Assembly (NCBI GenBank): GCA_047495785.1 | Contig: JBLDXI010000013.1 | Location: 1,116,001 to 1,180,000, forward strand | Reading direction: 5' to 3' | Length of the DNA: 64,000 nucleotides | Source of the DNA: Lepidodermella squamata | Taxonomy: Eukaryota > Animalia > Gastrotricha | Shown here: piece after piece, positions 57,044 through 64,000 of the stretch | Position numbering within the stretch: position 1 is the first letter of the stretch | How the letters are laid out: each line of letters begins with the position of its first letter | Notes under the pieces: generated by a model | The model's database searches: none | Told to the model about the DNA's origin: nothing | Seen by the model: only the letters and a program-made list of their open reading frames with translations | Program-made: the position numbers and the translations under genes

Positions 57044-58272
57044 TACAAAACCTAATAAAAAGATAATTACAATGAACGATTCTGACTAAAATGAGCAAGT
57101 TATGAATTTTAAATTTTATCGAAACCATTCATTAGCCAGAACAACTGGCTAAAAAATTACATTAGCAAGCGACATTATTCAGTTCATTGAAATCGCGCAC
57201 ACCCGCGGCAAGCAAGAGGGAAGAGGGATTATCTCACCGTGTCCAGTGGTCTCATAAGGGCTTTGGGTATTGCTCATTCTTACTTTTGAGTGAAAATCAC
57301 TGATAAAAAAGTGAGTAATACCGAATTGAAACTCTGTGTAAATCGAGTGACATAGCCTGGTTCCTGAGGTCGGTCAGAGTGACAAAAATATCAAGTATCC
57401 TCGAAGAAATTCTATTTATGCTATAAAGGATGCTGTCAGGCCACATATTGCCCCAGAAAGACAATCAATAGCATACTATATGTCGTGAAAGCTAACAAAG
57501 GCAAGCATGTGACTAGTGGTGTAGGTAATCTCAGAGTTTCGGGATTGCGAGGTGTCGCAAATCCTCATTTAGGGCGTCAATATGGTCGAATATTAAAAGA
57601 ATAGACGTGAAAACTTAGCAAACCCCCGCAACCCCTTGCGTACGCAACTTCATTTGGCAAAAGAGATGAGAAACCAGGCACCCTTAGCCCTTATGCATTA
57701 TGGATAGCGTTACGTCCCTGAAGCCTTAAGCCTTCCCTTACGTACGTCCTTAACGTCCGGCTTTTGCGGACCTCCAACTCAAGCTCCAAGAACGCGCGCG
57801 AAAAACCGTCGACAGGATAAATTTATGCCTTATAAAATTACTGCATTATGTATTTTTAAAGTTTTACTCAATCTTATAAACAAAGTGTCAAAAACCTCAA
57901 TTTTATTGAGCGCGCTAAAAAATTTGAATTTGCTTATAATGACGCATTTCTCGGCTCGCACGCTTTGTTGTCTTAGGAATTCGGTTTTAAAGCTTTTGCT
58001 TGTCATCGTTGTTCGATTAGATCGACTCATCATTACCATGGTGTTGCTGGTGACTATCGTTTGAGTTGATCTATTTCAGGGCCTGAATGGAGTTGTTGAT
58101 TCCCAGTACGCGGCTACCATTTTTTCTTTCATTCTTTTGCCTATTGAGTGTCAATAATTCAATTATTACGTTTGAATTTTTGTTGATGCAGATGATACAG
58201 AATTATTGGTCTTGATCTGTTGCGTCTTTTATTTTCCACTATTATGGTATTCAGTGTGTCTTTTTGCGCTAG

Positions 58273-59494
58273 ATGAGTTATATGTCATACGCTGCCTTGC
58301 TCGGCGTGGTTGCATTTGTGGCGCTTTTGCCAGGTTCATCCGCAGCAGGAGACATTGATGAACTTTATTGTGGGCAAGAGAACTGCTATGACAGTAAGTG
58401 ATTTGTTAACTTATTGATAATCAGACATCTGATGATTACCTGATAACTGTGTTTAGTCATCGGCGTTACCATGGAGAGCACCAAGGTTTGACCCCTGTGC
58501 TATAACTTGTGATTAACTTATTGTGTGCTTCTAAAATTTCAGGAAGAGATTGCTCGCACGTACCGTCAATTAGCGCGCAAGTGGCATCCTGACGCATACC
58601 GCGGAGATTTGTCGAAAGAGGAAGTTACAAGAACTTTCCAGAAGATCGCTAATGCCTACGAAATTTTGTCTGATGAAGAGCGTCGCGGCGATTATGACTA
58701 TTTGCTCCAGAATCCTGAAGCCTATTATGAGCATTACTATCGCTTCTACAAGCATAGATTGACTCCAAAGGTAGACTGGCGTATTGTTGTTTCTGGATTC
58801 ATTTTGATTGTTACTGCAATCCAATACGGCCATGGTTATTACAACTACTACGATATGCTTCGGCGTGTCAGTCAAATTCCTCGCTTCCGGGTTCAAGCCT
58901 TACACGTTGCTAAAGAGCGAGAAATCGTCTTGCCTCCACCTGAAAATGAAGAAAAAACCAGGGATCGAGCTGAATTGAAACGGCGGGCGAAAGAAAGTGA
59001 AGAACAACTAGTTATGCATGTTTTGGAGACTCGCCCCGAAGACGTTGACATCGGTCTTATTACGTTGCTGCGCCCTGTAAAATTCGAGAACACTCTGCTT
59101 GTTCAACTTTTTTATTTCCCTGTCACGGCATGCCGGTGGTTGGCACTTTACTTCAGATACTACGTTGGTTACAAGATGACCAACAAGATTCCAAGTGATG
59201 AAGATAAATTGGAGCTGATTCGCCATAACCTGGGACTTCCACAAGACGCCTGGAAACATTACGATGACTCTACAAAGGGTGACTACCTGGATCTAGAGCT
59301 TTGGATGCCCGATAAGTTTGCGGAGTGGAAGGCCGAGAACGAAGCTGAAACGCGTCGCAAGTTGGCCACTCAATCAGGTAAAATAAACGGCTGAGATTTG
59401 GTTTTAATCTTATGATTTATTTACAGGCCGATACCGCCAAGCCAAGCGATGGGAAAGGAATCACGCCGGTGACCGCATGTTCTTTGAAGATTAA
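58273..59494 (+). CDS. DNAJC25: DnaJ homolog subfamily C member 25 (4 exons; start at 58273 or 58282)
   Basis: Signal peptide, LYCGQENCYD, J domain with HPD (YRQLARKWHPD), YDYLLQNPEAYYEHYYRFY...PKVDWRIV, and C-terminal SGRYRQAKRW. Confidence 0.92.
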
Positions 59495-59785
59495 CTTATG
59501 AGTTACTAGGTGCAATATCCCAGTGCTTTTTGTGGATGTTCGCTATTATTGTTCGGTGTTTAAGTTATTATTTGGCGGGTTTCAGTGTGAAAGTGTCGTA
59601 TTTATTGAGGATTGATCTTTATTTATGTTTTGTTTTTCGCTGTGCGTTAAAACAATATATGTTACCAGTGCAAAGGGCCCTTGCTTAACCAATGGAAATC
59701 ACTCTGTGATAACTGATAAAATCTCCGCTTGCGGGCAGAAAATCGGTAATTTATCATTAAGGCTTGATGTATTCATTATAAGTGG

Positions 59786-59829
59786 AATAAAATATTGTTT
59801 GGAGTAATTCCTCGCTTTTTGCTTCATAG
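59786..59829 (+). promoter_or_regulatory. Putative poly(A) signal plus trans-splice acceptor between DNAJC25 and RTRAF
   Basis: AATAAA 59786-59791, 36-nt gap with pyrimidine tract, TAG (AG 59828-59829), ATG 4 nt later. Confidence 0.55.
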
Positions 59830-59833
59830 GATA

Positions 59834-60875
59834 ATGTTTTCAAGGAAATTATTGTCGCTTGGCTACAATGATGCCACAGCAAGTTTTTCCGGTACTGGAC
59901 CTGTTTAGCACCTGAGAATATGCACACTAAATTTTCTCTTAATCACAGAAGACGACAAATTTCGAGATCTAGTTGTTTGGCTTGAATGCAATCACATTCA
60001 CGGCCTAGCTGAGAACGAGCGGGGAGGATTGCAGAATGTTTCATCGCCCTCATGGGACTCTAGCTTCGATGCGGTAAGATTTGATGGACCATTTTACTGA
60101 TAGGAAAAGTGAAACCTGCTGTGCTTCGTCCAAAGTATTTAACGGCTCTGCATGCGCCTTACAATGCATCTGAGGATAGAAACACCATAATAAACTGGCT
60201 GCTTGGACGTGCCGTTCGCCAAGCCTACAATGCCAAAGCTGAAGATCTGAAATTGTTGACCGCCGAAAAATGGCAGGCAGAAAACTCAACTGAAAATCCA
60301 CTTGCCTCTCTCGATTATAACAGCGAGGCTTTCGTCCAACTGTCTCAAAATTTGGCACAGTTACTATCGATTCCAAATTACTCCGATCACAGAGAAGTGT
60401 TGAATGCGGCATGTATGCTGATAATAGATCGGATTAAAGCAGCCTCGTTAGCTTCTAATTCGTCGGCCTCAGCAAAAAGATCAAAGGTTCATAGAATTTG
60501 GCAATCTATTGATTACGTAGCCATATGCTTGTACATTTATAGACTGATTCAGCTGTTTCAACTGAAAGTTCTATGCCCCTGGCTTCTACTCCTTTGGGTT
60601 TTGAATCTACGGGTAACATACTGCGTTATACGATTTTAAATTTTTTAAATTGCCATTTTAGATTACGTGCTTAACGATCTAGCAAAGATTTTACGTCTGC
60701 AACATATTAATGAGGTAATTAGAAATGAGAACGCCGAATGCGATAAATAATGTATGGCTTTTATTTTTAAAAGTTGCGTGAGCTGCAAACAATGATCGAC
60801 GAGGCGATCGTTAAAGTTCAGAAAATTACCGCTAATCCTAAGACCGACACTCGTCTAGGCAAACACGGCTTTTGA
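59834..60875 (+). CDS. RTRAF: RNA transcription, translation and transport factor (C14orf166/CGI-99; tRNA ligase complex); about 6 exons
   Basis: MFSRKLLSLGY, FRDLVVWLE, INWLLGRAVRQAY, NPLASLDY, LRLQHINE|LRELQTMIDEAIVKVQKITANPKTDTRLGK. Confidence 0.92.
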
Positions 60876-62557
60876 AGGTGGATAGCCGGCGAGGTCCGCG
60901 TCGTTTGACTGCATAAAGAAGTACCTTATAACTATAATACCTTCATTTGTGATTTACTTTTTCTGCTGCGATATACTTATATGTTGTGTTTCTCCGGACG
61001 AAGATAAAAAATACAGTGATAACAGCATTATGGGAATCTGTCTTGACTTATCTTCCTATATCTCTTTAGGTGTTTTTTTGCGCGCGCATCTAGTCAATGC
61101 GTCAGCGCTCTGGCCACACAAGCGCGCAAATTCTTTTGTTTGGCAAACAATCGGTCAATTGTCGCCGCGCAGTTGGTTTACCTAGCCCACTAACTTAGCC
61201 GCTATGTGATCTAATTTCTCCACCTTTGCGCTCGCGCTGCCCTGTGCTTGCGAACTAAGAAGTTCTATAAATGCTCGCACGGTCTTGGGTCGAAGCTCTT
61301 GTTACCGTCCACCTGTAGCTTCTATGGAACACGCGCTCTCTAAAAGGTACCGACCAATGAATAGGCCAAATATTAACTAACGACGAGCTCATCGTCTTAT
61401 AATGATATGTGTCATGCCTTGCAGCTATTCCGCCATACCACGGCGCTTCGTCATTTGCTTACCTATTACCTATATTACACGCATGTGAACACGGCTACGA
61501 ATGCGTGTACACACTCATTGTCGCGGTGCCGTATATACGGTGGTGCTGTGTCCCCTCTCCGCCCCACTGCATATCTTTCGTTCGCCGGCTTTTCTCAGTC
61601 AGTCGCCGATATATATATGCTGCTGCTGCTGGCGTCTTTTGACGCTTATAGTCCGCGACTCGGCTCGCCGGATAGACAAAGAAATAGCCAACCAATGGAC
61701 TGGGTTAGAAAACGCACAGCCTGTTGTACAAACACGGAGACCGAGTGAGCGAGTGAGCACAGGTAGACAGCGCTGTTCAGTGACTCGGTGTTATTATACG
61801 TTATTATTATACATTAAGGCGAACGTGAGTTTATACGTTCATGCGTTTGACACAACCGCGAGACGCTTACAATATATGCCATGTATGTGATATGTATGCG
61901 ACCAGGAGGCGAAATATACCTATATTAATATTAATATATTGTTGCGATGAACGACAACGACAGCGACGCGCTCATCGTCTTCTTCTTCGCCGTCGTCGTC
62001 CGTCTCCACCGTGACTACTTTTTTGTCGTAAATTCGCCGCACGTACGAGCTGTTATTATCAGGCGCAATGAGCATACATGTGCGTACATAGATCTTACTG
62101 TTGTTGCTTGTGACACATTGTTAGGGTGTTGTTTCTCGCTGCTTATCGCATGCGGCTAATGCTCTGCGCTCCTCGTATATGTTGTTACACATGCGACAAA
62201 ATTATGTTGACAAGATTCATGCTATTACACCTTTGATGCTAGGTAATAGATAATAGATGATGTAGTGCTTCTAAGTTTAGCTCTTGGGCACGTTTGATGA
62301 GGTTCAAACCCCTTGTGTTTGTTTGTTCGTCCGTTCACCTTCAAATTAATTTGTTTGCATTTTAGGGTAGCAGATATCATTACTTTTTTCTTTAGTTCTA
62401 GCCTAAAGAACACCCCGTAAACACGAGCAAATTGATCAAAACAGCGGCTCATTAGTCGCTGAATTCGCACGATAAAAAATGCTTCCGTTAATACTCGGTA
62501 TGTCTTGAAAAATTCGAGATTTTTTTAATAATTAATATATATTTTTTCCAACCAGCA

Positions 62558-64000
62558 TTGGCTGCGATATTAGCCGATGCAAGTTTAGGACAGCAACCAA
62601 GCAGTAACAGTGTCGAGTTATTTTCCCTGCCATACTCGCCAACTCAACGCCGATTTACACTGGCGATCGAAGAAGAAAGCCGGCTGGGCGACGCTATTTT
62701 TCGCGTTGTCCCATCCGCTGATAGTGGAATTTCATCATTCAGCCGCATCGATATCGCGCCGAATTGCTCAGGAGCGGGTTACTTTGTTGTAACAAATGCT
62801 TCGGCCGGCGAAATTCGCCTCGCCCGTCTTCTTGATTACGAATTTGCCCAAACGCTGGACCTGGACGTTCGGGCCTGGCTCGCCCCGCCAGTTTCCGGCA
62901 GTTTATCCGCCGCGGCTGTGGTTTCACCCATGGCCCACGCCCTAGTTTCAGTTCAAGTTGTTAATATCAACGATCATCAGCCGGTTTTCGACTCGCCGAA
63001 AGACCCGCTTACAGGCGAACTCTACGCTCAGGTTTCCGAGAATGCTCCACCGGGCACGCTAGTTGCCCAGCTGCACGCGGCGGATACGGACCAGGGCGAG
63101 GTCGGCGAGATGCGCTACGTCATTGTCGGCGTTGCACCAGGCACGCCGATCGGCTTTGCCAGTGCATTTGGCGTCGAGCCCATCGAAGGCTCAGTGCGAG
63201 TCATCAATTCAACACTGCTGGTAATTTATTTCGGCTCACGTAGATATTTAATTATCAACTTGCCAGATGTTGCTTTCTTAACTGCTTCTGGCACGGAATC
63301 ATTTTACTCAGCACTAAATTAATAGGAAAAAATTCAATAATATGTTTTATCACCTGCTCTACGTGGTCTTGAATAATTTGCTTAGTAAATTGAAAGAAAA
63401 AAACATGAAAATCTGAATTGAAATGAGAGCAATTTTGAAAAATTCAATATTTTATTACATTTAGCTGATTTTCATTTTTTAATGCGAATTGTTATTTCTC
63501 TCTTTCAGGACCGAGAATCTATTCGCGAGGTTGATTTGCTCGTTGCAGCTGTTGATAACCCGAACCATCCAAACAGGCAATACGCTGCTATCAATCGAGT
63601 AATTACGCCGTTTCTTTATTTTGATCATTTTTAGAAAAATTTATTTTTTCCTTAGTTGACCATCGCACTTTTAGACCAAAATGATAACGCGCCGAAATTT
63701 AACGCCAGTCTCTTTACGATTTCGTCAAATGTGTGCGAATGTGCGAAAACAGGCACAGTCGTCGCTCAAGTGGCTGCAGTTGATTTAGATGAATCATCGC
63801 AGAATCAGCTGTCATACAGGCTGGTGGACGCTAACGTAACCTACGCATCTTTCGTCCCACCTTCGCTGATTCACACTGATCCGAGAACGTTATTTGCTGT
63901 TGACCGAGCAACGGGAAAAATCACCGTAATTGCCGGCTCGTTAGCCAGCTTAATCGGCGGCTATTCCCTGCTTATCGAAGTCGCAGATCAGGGCGGTCTA
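62558..64000 (+). CDS. Cadherin-family protein, 5' part (runs off the window; upstream exon(s) not located)
   Basis: Cadherin repeat motifs LARLLDYE, VNINDHQPVF, VSENAPPGTLVAQLHAADTD, L|DRE, LDQNDNAPKF, AVDLD, ADQGG across small introns. Confidence 0.9.

Noticed and set aside
36807-58272. Search by eye for an SL RNA or snRNA gene in the gene-free intervals
   Set aside because: No convincing leader + GT donor + Sm-site + stem-loop arrangement recognised; needs an Infernal or SL-specific search.

Overview
Gene-dense DNA from a compact-genome animal; the taxon cannot be fixed from this window. A stand-alone AIMP1 and the lack of the nematode TTTCAG acceptor consensus argue against a C. elegans-like nematode. 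About 20 spliceosomal genes with mostly 45-60 nt GT-AG introns were reconstructed by hand: ataxin-1-like, CTU2, MMADHC, AIMP1, PAM16, PAN2, ARL2BP, a WWP/Su(dx)-type HECT ligase, GPI, FAM155/NALF, a C2H2 zinc-finger gene, ENY2, ZCCHC14-like, NUP160, WDR55, acid sphingomyelinase, nidogen, FAM161, DNAJC25, RTRAF and the start of a cadherin. The main unexplained structure is a repeated junction module between co-oriented genes: an AATAAA/AATGAA/ATTAAA hexamer, about 28-40 nt of U-rich sequence, a TAG acceptor, then the next ATG. It recurs at seven junctions and suggests spliced-leader-resolved operons with almost no intercistronic spacer. Also notable are a putative alternative first exon that swaps the C2 domain of the HECT ligase for an N-myristoylation motif, many AAG splice acceptors, and a remodelled PAN2 nuclease domain. 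Exon structures and identities come from reading and motif recall, not from database searches.
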